From IMG/VR virus record IMGVR_UViG_3300045000_000090, positions 1 through 42,953 of that record: a stretch of 42,953 nt of DNA; one strand, given 5' to 3'. The stretch comes from a virus (taxonomy: Duplodnaviria > Caudoviricetes). The notes below the pieces were generated by a model that saw only the letters and a list, made by a program, of their open reading frames with translations, ran no database searches and was not told where the DNA came from. This document shows, in pieces, positions 1 through 7,988 of the stretch (position 1 is the stretch's first letter; each line of letters starts with the position of its first letter). A program made the position numbers and the translations under genes.

Positions 1-127
1 CGCACTGTCCTGATCCAGCTCGACGCAATGATGCCCGACCCGGCGCTCCGGCCCGTCTCGGAGTTCGCCCTCGGTGACCTGGAGGAGTGGTTGGCCAAGC
101 CCGGCAATCGGGCCACTCTCCTACATC
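1..127. repeat. Terminal direct repeat, copy 1 (identical to 42827-42953); circular-assembly overlap
   Basis: The first 127 nt match the last 127 nt exactly and lie inside a continuous ORF. 127 is a common assembler k-mer size. Confidence 0.97.
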
Positions 128-612
128 ACCTCCTGGTCCTGGTACGCGGCTGGATTGTCGCTGGTGCCCGCCGAGTGGAGATGCCCATGCGGACCTTCAC
201 CCCATGGGCCTCGGCCGCGGCTGGGTTGCTGGAGTGGCTAGACGAGCCAGGGTTCCTGTCCAACCGAACGACCCTGGCTGAGGTCGATGAGGAAGAGGCG
301 CAGTACGGGGCGTTCTTCACCCGCTGGCATGAGATCTTTGGCGACGCCAAGCTCGGCGCTGGCCAACTCCGCGAGTCTGCGCTACCCAACACCAGCGAGT
401 TCTATGACCCCGACCGGAAGGACTGGAAGGGGACCTTCCTGGTTCGGAAGAAGGACGGCGCAGTCCCCTCGGCGGTCGGCCTGGGCAAGATGCTGTTCTC
501 CGAGCGCGGCCGGTTCCGCGGCGCCTACCGGCTCAACGCCCACTTCGACACCCACTCCAAAACGTGGACGTACTCGGTTACGCCCCCACCGGTCGACGGG
601 GAGTCGAAGTGA
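1..612 (+). CDS. C-terminal part of the P-loop helicase/primase-associated ATPase that begins at 41675 and crosses the circular junction
   Basis: Frame 1 (RTVLIQLDAMMPDP...) continues the 41675 ORF in frame and stops at TGA 610-612. Confidence 0.85.
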   Translation, partial: RTVLIQLDAMMPDPALRPVSEFALGDLEEWLAKPGNRATLLHHLLVLVRGWIVAGARRVEMPMRTFTPWASAAAGLLEWLDEPGFLSNRTTLAEVDEEEAQYGAFFTRWHEIFGDAKLGAGQLRESALPNTSEFYDPDRKDWKGTFLVRKKDGAVPSAVGLGKMLFSERGRFRGAYRLNAHFDTHSKTWTYSVTPPPVDGESK

Positions 613-1045
613 CCGCGGTGCGGGGGTTGCGGGGGTTGCGGGGGGTAGGAGTTCCATCCTCCGCACTATCCCCCGCAGGTCACACGCTTGCTGCGGGGGA
701 TGGGTTTGATCTTGTCTCCTACCCCCCGCAACTCTTCACTTGCAAAGCCCCAGGTCAAGGACACAAATACATAGACCATGCGGGGGATGCGGGTGATAGA
801 ACGCTGTTTTCAGCCATGCGCGACACGCGCAAAGAAAAAACACACACCCCTCGTGCCCGGTTACGCCCCATTTCGCCCCACACGGCGCGCGTGTATTTTC
901 GCGCTCGCATGCCTAGAGGGCTGAATTCGCCTCCTCATCACCCGCATCCCCCGCAACGTCGATGGTTTCCCCATCCTGACCTGCGCATGAGCGAATGGAT
1001 CTTTGCGGGGGATAGCGCGAATGCCGATTTCCATCCCCCGCAGGA
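613..1045. promoter_or_regulatory. Putative replication origin with ten TGCGGGGG iteron-like repeats in both orientations
   Basis: TGCGGGGG at 619, 628, 637, 692, 779 and 1004; CCCCCGCA at 670, 723, 948 and 1035. A-rich patch at about 831-847. Lies directly downstream of the helicase gene with no convincing ORF. Confidence 0.55.
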
Positions 1046-1051
1046 GGTGTC

Positions 1052-1603
1052 ATGACACCCGAGTGGCCGAGCCAGCGACGCGAGCCCTCGCGCTACACCG
1101 ACACCGAATGGGCCGAGCGGCTCCGGGCCGCCACCGAAGCCAGCCTCGCCCACCGGCAAGCCCGCCGCGACCAACGACGCCAGTTCGCCGAACGACGCGC
1201 CCACGGGCTCGACGCACGCCACGCCACCAAGCTCTCTAGGAAGGACACCACCATGCCCAACGACACCACCCAGATCACCGACGAAGCCATCCGCGCCGCC
1301 GTCGCCGTGTACCTCGACCACCACGGCGCCGCCAACATCGTCCCCGAATTCACCTACGCCCAAATCCGCGGCCTCACCCGAGCCATGATCGACGCAGCCC
1401 TACCGCACATCAGCACCACCACCGTCTCCGCCAGCCGCCACCCCAGCCGCCAGGACCGGATCCTCGCCACCAAGGCCAAGCACCTCGATGCCGGACGGCA
1501 AATCGCCGACGCCCACCAGCTCGGCCAGCAGATCCACGACACCATCCACGACCGCCTCGGCACCGTCGACCAGGTCCTCGGCAACCGTGAGGAAGACCAG
1601 TGA
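1052..1603 (+). CDS. Hypothetical protein (second in-frame RBS and ATG at 1253)
   Basis: AGGAGG RBS before ATG 1052; stop overlaps the next GTG. Confidence 0.7.
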   Translation: MTPEWPSQRREPSRYTDTEWAERLRAATEASLAHRQARRDQRRQFAERRAHGLDARHATKLSRKDTTMPNDTTQITDEAIRAAVAVYLDHHGAANIVPEFTYAQIRGLTRAMIDAALPHISTTTVSASRHPSRQDRILATKAKHLDAGRQIADAHQLGQQIHDTIHDRLGTVDQVLGNREEDQ

Positions 1604-1869
1604 CCACCGCCGAGCAGAAAGCCGCCGTACTCGACCGGCTGTCGCGCTCCGGCGGAGACAAGGCCCGACGCCCACCCACACCACCGCCAGCACCCGCCAG
1701 CGAGCCCAGCGACCCGATCCTCGCCACCCTCGCCGAAATCCTCCGCACCTTCACCGTCAAAGGCCACCCCGGCGAACCCTGCCTCCGCAGCCGCTGGATC
1801 CCCACCGCCACCATCACCCGCTGGCAAGCCGTCCTCACCGCCGCCCAAGCCCGACGGAGCAAACCATGA
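1600..1869 (+). CDS. Hypothetical protein
   Basis: GTGA/ATGA coupling at both ends; GAGGA RBS. Confidence 0.7.
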   Translation: MTTAEQKAAVLDRLSRSGGDKARRPPTPPPAPASEPSDPILATLAEILRTFTVKGHPGEPCLRSRWIPTATITRWQAVLTAAQARRSKP

Positions 1870-2093
1870 TCAAAGGAGTCAGCCACATACCCGACCCCGA
1901 CGCACCTGGCACCCGCCGCGCCAAACCCGGCCAGACACGCCTCATCTGCTGCCGCTACCTACGCCGCGGCACCGCCGGCCAATGCACCGCCGAAAGCCTC
2001 TTCGACGAAAACTCAGACATCCAGCTGTGCGCCCGACACGTCGGCCTCGTCCTGGAACTCATCACCAGCCACGCCGGCCGGAGGCCACGGTGA
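1866..2093 (+). CDS. Small Cys/His-containing hypothetical protein (MIKGVSHIPD...CC...C...CARH)
   Basis: ATGA overlap with the upstream stop; GGAG RBS; last 75 aa of track ORF 1488..2093. Confidence 0.7.
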   Translation: MIKGVSHIPDPDAPGTRRAKPGQTRLICCRYLRRGTAGQCTAESLFDENSDIQLCARHVGLVLELITSHAGRRPR

Positions 2094-2728
2094 CCACCGA
2101 CCGGCAGATGGCCCACATCACCGAACTCGCCGAACAGCTCGCCGACCCCACCCAGCACACCGAACCCATCACCGAATGGACCCGAAGCCGCAACAAGCGG
2201 ACACGCCGCGCCTGGACCACCACCCAGCCCGGCCTACTCCAGCAGCTCGCCGAACAGATCACCGCCCGAGGCATGGACGACGGCGACAGCACCGGACGCC
2301 CCATACCCGGCTCCAGGCCGCCCCTCAACCTCTCAGCCCTGGCCGTCCACGTCGAGGTATCCATCGCCTCGTCACGGTGGCTGTGGAGCCTCAGGGCCGA
2401 ACTCCGCGACACACCCGAAGCCAACGTGCGCGCCCTCGTCGGACTCGCCCCCGGCCTCGACGACGACGTTGCCGCCCTCCTACTCGACGAGATGACGACC
2501 TGGGTCCGCTGGGCCAGCGTCCTCACCGGCTGGCGCTCCAAGCCCTACCGGCCACGCTGCCCCTGCCCCGTCGCCGGCTGCGGCAAGATCAACACATTGG
2601 TGATCAACCTGCACCGCCAAGCCGGCATGTGCACCAACTGCCGCACCGTCTGGCAAGCCGACGACGGCGGCCTACTGCTCCTCGGCGGCTACGTCCGCTC
2701 GATCACCGACCCCGGAGCCGCCGCGTGA
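2090..2728 (+). CDS. Hypothetical protein with C-terminal Zn ribbon (CPCP...C...CTNC); possible late-gene regulator
   Basis: GTGA overlap and GGAGG RBS. Lies between the replication and packaging genes. Confidence 0.75.
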   Translation: MTTDRQMAHITELAEQLADPTQHTEPITEWTRSRNKRTRRAWTTTQPGLLQQLAEQITARGMDDGDSTGRPIPGSRPPLNLSALAVHVEVSIASSRWLWSLRAELRDTPEANVRALVGLAPGLDDDVAALLLDEMTTWVRWASVLTGWRSKPYRPRCPCPVAGCGKINTLVINLHRQAGMCTNCRTVWQADDGGLLLLGGYVRSITDPGAAA

Positions 2729-2937
2729 ACAACCACCGGTGCTACATCTGCGGCGCCAAGCCCCAGCTGATCGACGTCACCCAACTCGGCGACCCCGAAC
2801 CCCAGTACATGCCCGGCCACTGGCCACCCGGCGACCACACCCACGCACTCAACCCACCAGCCCCACCCACACCCAGCGACCTGCAAGCCCAAGGCGACGC
2901 GGCACTAGCCCAGGTGAGGGCACAGTGGTCACAATGA
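2725..2937 (+). CDS. Small hypothetical protein (CYIC)
   Basis: GTGA overlap, GGAG RBS, coupled to the next ORF. Confidence 0.6.
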   Translation: MNNHRCYICGAKPQLIDVTQLGDPEPQYMPGHWPPGDHTHALNPPAPPTPSDLQAQGDAALAQVRAQWSQ

Positions 2938-3263
2938 GCGCCATGCCGAGTGACCCGCGCACCTACCACGGGCCAGCAGTTGTCGAGACCGACGACGGCG
3001 ACCAGATCCCCGTCAAGGCCGAACTCCAGATCGAAGTCGCTGACATCGGCGAGCGCTACTCGTGGCATGGCGTCATCACCGGCGAGACAGACCATCCCCG
3101 AACGCTCCTCAAGGCGTGTGGTCTTTCGCTGGCCACACTCCACATGCCAGACGGCCAGACCGCCTCGATCTTCACGCGACTGGTTGAGTTCAAGGAGCCG
3201 ATCGAGCTGGGGATCGTCGGCATCGGTCCGGCCCCGTTCGGCGACGTCGGGCGGACGCCATGA
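2934..3263 (+). CDS. Hypothetical protein, DUF4873-like
   Basis: YHGPAVV...SWHG pattern recalled for DUF4873; ATGA overlaps. Confidence 0.6.
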   Translation: MSAMPSDPRTYHGPAVVETDDGDQIPVKAELQIEVADIGERYSWHGVITGETDHPRTLLKACGLSLATLHMPDGQTASIFTRLVEFKEPIELGIVGIGPAPFGDVGRTP

Positions 3264-3454
3264 GCAACCTGATCCGCGCCGAGGACTTCGCCATCACCTG
3301 GGCAGCCAACGGAGTCATGTACCTCACCTGCCCCGGCAAAACCTGCGGCCTACTCGACGGCATGATCGAAGTCGAAGCCGGCGATACCATCGAACGGCTT
3401 ACCGAGAAAGCCTGGACGCACGTCGACCAGATGCACAGCAAAGGCCAGCCATGA
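3260..3454 (+). CDS. Small hypothetical protein (CxxxxC...H...H)
   Basis: ATGA-coupled at both ends. Confidence 0.65.
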   Translation: MSNLIRAEDFAITWAANGVMYLTCPGKTCGLLDGMIEVEAGDTIERLTEKAWTHVDQMHSKGQP

Positions 3455-3612
3455 GCACGCTACCGCCAAGAATGGGCACCACGACGAGCAACCAACCCCG
3501 CTGCATGGTGACGGTCACTTGGCCTAGACCTTGGTGGCGGCGACTCCTCCACCTGCCCGCCAAGACCAAAACCACCGGGCCGTACACCGTCGAGCCGTGG
3601 CCGTGGCAGTGA
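3451..3612 (+). CDS. Small hypothetical protein (WPRPWWRRLL motif)
   Basis: ATGA/GTGA-coupled chain. Confidence 0.5.
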   Translation: MSTLPPRMGTTTSNQPRCMVTVTWPRPWWRRLLHLPAKTKTTGPYTVEPWPWQ

Positions 3613-3794
3613 ACCCCTGGATATGCCCCAACGACCCACCATGCCCACACATGGGCGCCGTGCACGACGTCTACGACCTCGAAGACACCACACCGCGATG
3701 CTGCATCGAAGGCTGCGACTGCGGACGGCCAGCAACAGGGGGTCGACAACGCCCGATAGAGCAGCCTGGCGCCACAATGTGGCCGAACGGCTGA
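3609..3794 (+). CDS. Small Cys-rich hypothetical protein (CPH...HD...CCIEGCDC)
   Basis: GTGA overlap; metal-binding-like Cys/His pattern. Confidence 0.55.
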   Translation: MNPWICPNDPPCPHMGAVHDVYDLEDTTPRCCIEGCDCGRPATGGRQRPIEQPGATMWPNG

Positions 3795-3805
3795 GCGTGG
3801 CGAAC

Positions 3806-3834
3806 TTGACTAGATGTCCGATTACAACGATCAT
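3806..3834 (+). promoter_or_regulatory. Candidate promoter TTGACT-N17-GATCAT (possible late promoter)
   Basis: Near-consensus -35 in a locally AT-richer intergenic gap upstream of the packaging genes. Confidence 0.35.
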
Positions 3835-3892
3835 GCGACTAACCTCGCGTGACCTCTAGCCCCGGGTCGCGCCCAGCACACTCGACACCCCC

Positions 3893-3916
3893 ACGGCCCG
3901 CCACAGCGCGGGCCGT
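3893..3916. terminator. GC-rich hairpin ACGGCCCGC-N6-GCGGGCCGT
   Basis: 9-bp perfect stem next to the stop of the minus-strand ORF 3919..4107. Confidence 0.4.
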
Positions 3917-3918
3917 CG

Positions 3919-4107
3919 TCATTCGATCAAGTCCTGAACCGGATCCACCACACGACCACAGTTCGGACAGCGGATTGACCGCTCGCCCAAGTCGCCCAGC
4001 GAACCCTCACGGTTGACCTGAGACACTCCAGCAGTCTCCGGCTCCGGCGCGTCGAACTCGTGACCACAATCCGGATGAGGACACCTCAGCCCCCTCGGCT
4101 GCGTCAT
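3919..4107 (-). CDS. Small Zn-ribbon protein (CPHPDC...CPNC) on the opposite strand
   Basis: ATG at 4107 in track ORF 3919..4266; two Cys knuckles. Confidence 0.6.
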   Translation of the reverse strand: MTQPRGLRCPHPDCGHEFDAPEPETAGVSQVNREGSLGDLGERSIRCPNCGRVVDPVQDLIE

Positions 4108-4204
4108 GACGATCACCCCTGGATCCACGGTCCCACCACGGCGGTCAGGTACGAAGGCACATCGACGAAGCCGTTCATCCACACCGGGGAGCGGGGTGGA
4201 CCAC

Positions 4205-4345
4205 ATGCCGATCTGGCGCTGCCCCACACGCCTCCGGCTGTGCTGCCACATCGGGCTGCACTTCACGGCCTGGGACTTCCGGCGCGATGGCTTCTACTGC
4301 AAGTGCGGACGGCAGTACCTGCTAGCCGAACAGATCAGGCCGTGA
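4205..4345 (+). CDS. Small Cys-rich hypothetical protein (LCCHIGLH...CKCG)
   Basis: GGTGG-type RBS; GTGA-coupled to the next ORF. Confidence 0.45.
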   Translation: MPIWRCPTRLRLCCHIGLHFTAWDFRRDGFYCKCGRQYLLAEQIRP

Positions 4346-4617
4346 GCACCGTCGAATGCACGATCTGCCTACAACCGGTCTCGATGAAAGACGAACGCGG
4401 CGAGGATCGCGTATGGGACTCGGACACAGATCTTGGCGGCTGGTGTCACCGAGCCTGCTGGGACACCGAGCACGCCGAGGCCGGATCGACCGAGGCCGCC
4501 ATACGCGACATCTTCGTCCGCACGCCCGGCGGAAGGGGCAGGCAAACCCTTGCCGCCCGAAGAGTGGATCGAGAGGGCAGCCTCAGAGTCCGGCGCAATC
4601 CCACTGACCCCATGTGA
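4342..4617 (+). CDS. Hypothetical protein (CTIC...HRAC)
   Basis: GTGA overlap; Zn-finger-like motif. Confidence 0.5.
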   Translation: MSTVECTICLQPVSMKDERGEDRVWDSDTDLGGWCHRACWDTEHAEAGSTEAAIRDIFVRTPGGRGRQTLAARRVDREGSLRVRRNPTDPM

Positions 4618-4629
4618 GCGCGGCATCCC

Positions 4630-4968
4630 ATGCCGATCCTCCGCCGGTGCGCAGGCTGCCGGGCACTCACCAGCAACCCCCGCTGCCCGACATGCACCAC
4701 CCGGTACGAGGCCGACCGCACCCGCCGCAAACGCCAACGCCGGCCCTACACCTGGGCCGAACAAGTCAGGCGCAAAGCCACCGTCGACCAGTGGGTGGCC
4801 AGGCACGGACCGGTCTGCCCAGGCTGGCGACGGGCACCACACCAAGTGCCAGCCGACACCCTCACCGCCGAACACCCACACCCCGTAGGTGCAGGTGGAG
4901 ACGAGGCCCAGCCGCTCACCGTCCTATGTAGGGTGTGCAACTCGGCCAAGAGCAACCGCGTTTCATGA
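4630..4968 (+). CDS. HNH endonuclease, terminase-associated
   Basis: N-terminal CxxC...CxxC and C-terminal TAEH-PHP...GG...LCRVCNSAKS; sits immediately upstream of TerS. Confidence 0.85.
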   Translation: MPILRRCAGCRALTSNPRCPTCTTRYEADRTRRKRQRRPYTWAEQVRRKATVDQWVARHGPVCPGWRRAPHQVPADTLTAEHPHPVGAGGDEAQPLTVLCRVCNSAKSNRVS

Positions 4969-4974
4969 CCCGAA

Positions 4975-5085
4975 CCGGACCCAACCCCCGACCCCCGGGG
5001 GGTCAATGTCCGTTTTGGGGGGATTCACCTAGACCCTGCTTTCCGCCCTCCGTACGCCGTCTCAACTCCCAACTTTCCCGGTCGA
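4975..5085. other. Probable cos/packaging region
   Basis: Non-coding gap between HNH and a P27-type TerS, with near-palindrome GACCCCCGGGGGGTC (about 4990-5004). The + strand changes from C-rich to G-rich here. Confidence 0.45.
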
Positions 5086-5103
5086 CTACGGAGAGTGATT
5101 GCG

Positions 5104-5586
5104 GTGGCGAGTCCGAAACCTGAGCCGTTCGCGCTGAAGCTGTTGAAGGGTCGCGGCCCGGGTCGTGATTCGGGTGGCCGCCCGGTTGCCTCGGTGCCGA
5201 GCTACGAGCGCAGTGCCCCGTCTGCTCCTGGCTGGCTGCCCGTTGAGGCGCGCGCCGAGTGGGATCGGGTGGTGCCGGAGATGGACCGCCTGGGCATCCT
5301 GAAGGCCATCGACCGGGGTTCGCTGGCCGCGTACTGCATGGCTTGGCACCGGTTTGTCGAGGCTTCGGCGATCGTGGCCGTGGAGGGCATGGTCCTGCAT
5401 GACGACAAGCAGGGTCGCGCGCAGCGTCACCCGGCGCTGTTGACGGCCGAGGCCGCGTCGAAGGACATCCGGTCCTGGGCGAGCGAGTTCGGGCTGACTC
5501 CGGCGGCCGAGCACAAGCTGGCCGGAGCGAAGGACGACGATGGCGACCAGGGCAACCCGTTCGGCTCGTCGCCCCGCTCGGCTTAA
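5104..5586 (+). CDS. terS: Terminase small subunit (P27 family)
   Basis: P-x-WL...A..EW.RVVP...D...LAAYC...HPA...EFGLTPA signature; GGAGAG RBS. Confidence 0.93.
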   Translation: MASPKPEPFALKLLKGRGPGRDSGGRPVASVPSYERSAPSAPGWLPVEARAEWDRVVPEMDRLGILKAIDRGSLAAYCMAWHRFVEASAIVAVEGMVLHDDKQGRAQRHPALLTAEAASKDIRSWASEFGLTPAAEHKLAGAKDDDGDQGNPFGSSPRSA

Positions 5587-7354
5587 CCTGCCGGATGAGG
5601 CCACTCTCGCCGAGCTGAAACTGTCGCCGGAGGTCGCCTGGTTCCTGCTGTCGCGGGGGATGGCGCTGCCGGAGCCGTGGCAGGTCCCGATCTGGAAGAC
5701 CCCGGAGCCGCGCGAGCTCGAAGGCGCGGCGTTCGATCCGGCCCGGGTGGACCGGGTGCTGGCCGCGTTCGGTCGGCTGCGGCACACCCAGGGCCGCTGG
5801 GCGGGTAAGCCGCTGACCCCGGCCAACTGGCAGGTGGCCTACATCCTGGCCCCGGTGTTCGGCTGGGTGCGCTGGGATGACGAAAGCTCCTCGATGGTCC
5901 GGGTGATCCGGGCCGCGCAGGTGGACGAGCCACGGAAAAACGGCAAAACGACGTTGGCCGGCGGCGTGGCCATGTACCTGACCGCGGCCGACGGGGAGCA
6001 GGGCGCCCAGGTGCTGGCGGTCGCCGCGAGCAAGGACCAGGCCGGCTACTGCTTCAACCCGGTCAAGGCCATCGCCGAGAAGAGCCCGGACCTAGCCCCG
6101 TACGTGAAGGTTTACGTCGGGAAGATCGTTCACGGGGCGTCGGGCAGCTACTTCCAGGTCGTCGCATCGGTCGCCGACCTACTCCACGGGGCGAACGTCC
6201 ATGGGGCGGTGGTCGACGAGCTGCACGTCCACAAGACCCGTGACGTCGTGGACGCGGTGGAGACCGGCACTGGTGCCCGTGCACAGCCGCTGATTTTCTC
6301 GATCTCGACGGCGGATGAGGGCAAGCCGGGCACGATCTACAGCGAGAAGCGCGAGTTGTTGGAGAAACTCGCCCGCGGGGTATTCGTCGACTTCACGTTC
6401 TACGGGGTGGTGTGGGCGGCGGCGGAGTCGGAGCGGGATCTCGTTGCAGAGGGCTTGAGCCCATTCAGTGTGGAGGCTCAGCGACGGGCGAACCCGGGCT
6501 ACGGAGTCAGCCCTACGGCCGCGTTCTTGAAGGCGGAGGCCGACAGGGCGGAGCAGACCCCGGCGAACCTGGCCCGGTATCTGCGGCTGCACCTCGGGAT
6601 CCGAACCAAGCAGGCCACCCGATACATCAAGCTCGACGCGTGGGACGCCTCGGCGGGTGTGGTCGATGAGGCGGCGCTGGCTGGCCGTCCTTGCCATGGC
6701 GGCCTGGACATGGGTTCGGTCAGCGACCTGACCGCGTTGTGCTGGATCTTCCCGAACCGGGCGGTTGACACGTACACCGCGTTGTGGCGGTTTTGGACGC
6801 CGGCCGATTCGCTGACGGATTTGGATCGCCGGACGGCCGGGTCGGCGGAGGCGTGGGTGCGTGACGGCTGGCTGTCGACGACCCCGGGCGCGGTGTTCGA
6901 CCCGTCCGCGGTCAACGACCAGTTGGATGCCGACGCGCAGACCTTCGACGTGCAGACCGTGGGCTATGACCGGTGGGGCGCCAACGACGTGACCCGCAAG
7001 GCGTCTGAGGCCGGCATGACGCTGGTCCCCATTGGACAAGGCTTCGCCGCCCTGAGCGCGCCGATGAAGGAGATGCTTCGGCTCACGTTGGTGGGCCGGT
7101 TGCATCACGGCGGGAATCCGGTCATGCGGTGGATGGTCGACAACCTGGCGGTGGCCATGGACAGGCACGCGAACGTCAAGCCGGACAAGGCCGCCGCCGC
7201 CGACAAGATCGACGGCGTCAGTGCGGCGGTGAACGCGCTGAAGGAGTGCATGGATGCGGCGGTTGTCGAAGCCGTGAACCCACCGGCTACGGCGCCGGCC
7301 AGCGCACCGGACCCGGGCCAGTTGTGGCGGCCAACAAAACGACTCGCGATCTGA
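5540..7354 (+). CDS. terL: Terminase large subunit
   Basis: Walker A PRKNGKTT, Walker B VVDELH, nuclease GGLDMG...DLTA, YDRWG and KIDG motifs. Confidence 0.96.
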   Translation: MATRATRSARRPARLNLPDEATLAELKLSPEVAWFLLSRGMALPEPWQVPIWKTPEPRELEGAAFDPARVDRVLAAFGRLRHTQGRWAGKPLTPANWQVAYILAPVFGWVRWDDESSSMVRVIRAAQVDEPRKNGKTTLAGGVAMYLTAADGEQGAQVLAVAASKDQAGYCFNPVKAIAEKSPDLAPYVKVYVGKIVHGASGSYFQVVASVADLLHGANVHGAVVDELHVHKTRDVVDAVETGTGARAQPLIFSISTADEGKPGTIYSEKRELLEKLARGVFVDFTFYGVVWAAAESERDLVAEGLSPFSVEAQRRANPGYGVSPTAAFLKAEADRAEQTPANLARYLRLHLGIRTKQATRYIKLDAWDASAGVVDEAALAGRPCHGGLDMGSVSDLTALCWIFPNRAVDTYTALWRFWTPADSLTDLDRRTAGSAEAWVRDGWLSTTPGAVFDPSAVNDQLDADAQTFDVQTVGYDRWGANDVTRKASEAGMTLVPIGQGFAALSAPMKEMLRLTLVGRLHHGGNPVMRWMVDNLAVAMDRHANVKPDKAAAADKIDGVSAAVNALKECMDAAVVEAVNPPATAPASAPDPGQLWRPTKRLAI

Positions 7355-7370
7355 AGAGAGTGGGAAAGAA

Positions 7371-7595
7371 ATGGCTGCCCGAGCCAAGTTCAGGTGCACC
7401 AAGGTCGAGCTGATGTTCGGCAAGAGTTTCAAGTACACGTTCGCGCCGCAGTATCAGCCGGATGTGCCGGAGGACCAGAAGTTCGAGAAGGTCACGCCGC
7501 AGGGCGAGTTGTGGATGGTGGTCGACAACCCGGCGGTGTTCTTCGAGCTCGGCGCGGACTACTACCTCGACCTTGAGCCGGTCTCGGCGACCTAG
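7371..7595 (+). CDS. Conserved small phage protein (RAKF...TPQG...NP...YYLD family)
   Basis: Recognisable widespread phage motif; compact ORF after TerL. Confidence 0.75.
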   Translation: MAARAKFRCTKVELMFGKSFKYTFAPQYQPDVPEDQKFEKVTPQGELWMVVDNPAVFFELGADYYLDLEPVSAT

Positions 7596-7730
7596 ATGGA
7601 GCCGACCAGGCCGGCGCTGATCTGTGAGTTGGAGCCGGATCCGATCGGCCATCCCCGCTTCGCTTGGCCCCTCTACCTGTTGCTGCCGGCCGTCATCGCG
7701 TTCGGCCTTCATCTGATCGGAGTGGTTTGA
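7596..7730 (+). CDS. 44-aa putative membrane peptide (not in ORF track)
   Basis: ATG directly after the upstream TAG; MEPTRPALIC...FAWPLYLLLPAVIAFGLHLIGVV; fills the gap exactly. Confidence 0.5.
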   Translation: MEPTRPALICELEPDPIGHPRFAWPLYLLLPAVIAFGLHLIGVV

Positions 7731-7733
7731 GCG

Positions 7734-7988
7734 ATGGACATCCGTATCCGGCTGCCCCGCATCCCGGCTGGCTTGGCCGCGAACCTGCTCGGCCTGTTCG
7801 GTCTGATCGGCGTGGCCCTGGCCGTCGGCGGCCTGACCGGCAACTGGTGGTGGTCGGTTCTGACGGGCGCGGTGTTCGCGGTGGGTCTGTCGTATGTCGC
7901 GCAGACCCAGGTCGCGTCGGCCGATACAGCCGTGAACGAGCCGACGGCGGAGCTGCCCCGCGTGCCGCTTAGGGCCGCATCGGCATGA
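7734..7988 (+). CDS. Two-TM membrane protein upstream of the portal
   Basis: Two hydrophobic helices; ATGA overlap with the portal. Confidence 0.75.
   Translation: MDIRIRLPRIPAGLAANLLGLFGLIGVALAVGGLTGNWWWSVLTGAVFAVGLSYVAQTQVASADTAVNEPTAELPRVPLRAASA

Noticed and set aside
564-1055. 163-aa + ORF across the putative origin
   Set aside because: Atypical codon usage, and the translation merely reflects the DNA repeats (GLRGLRG).
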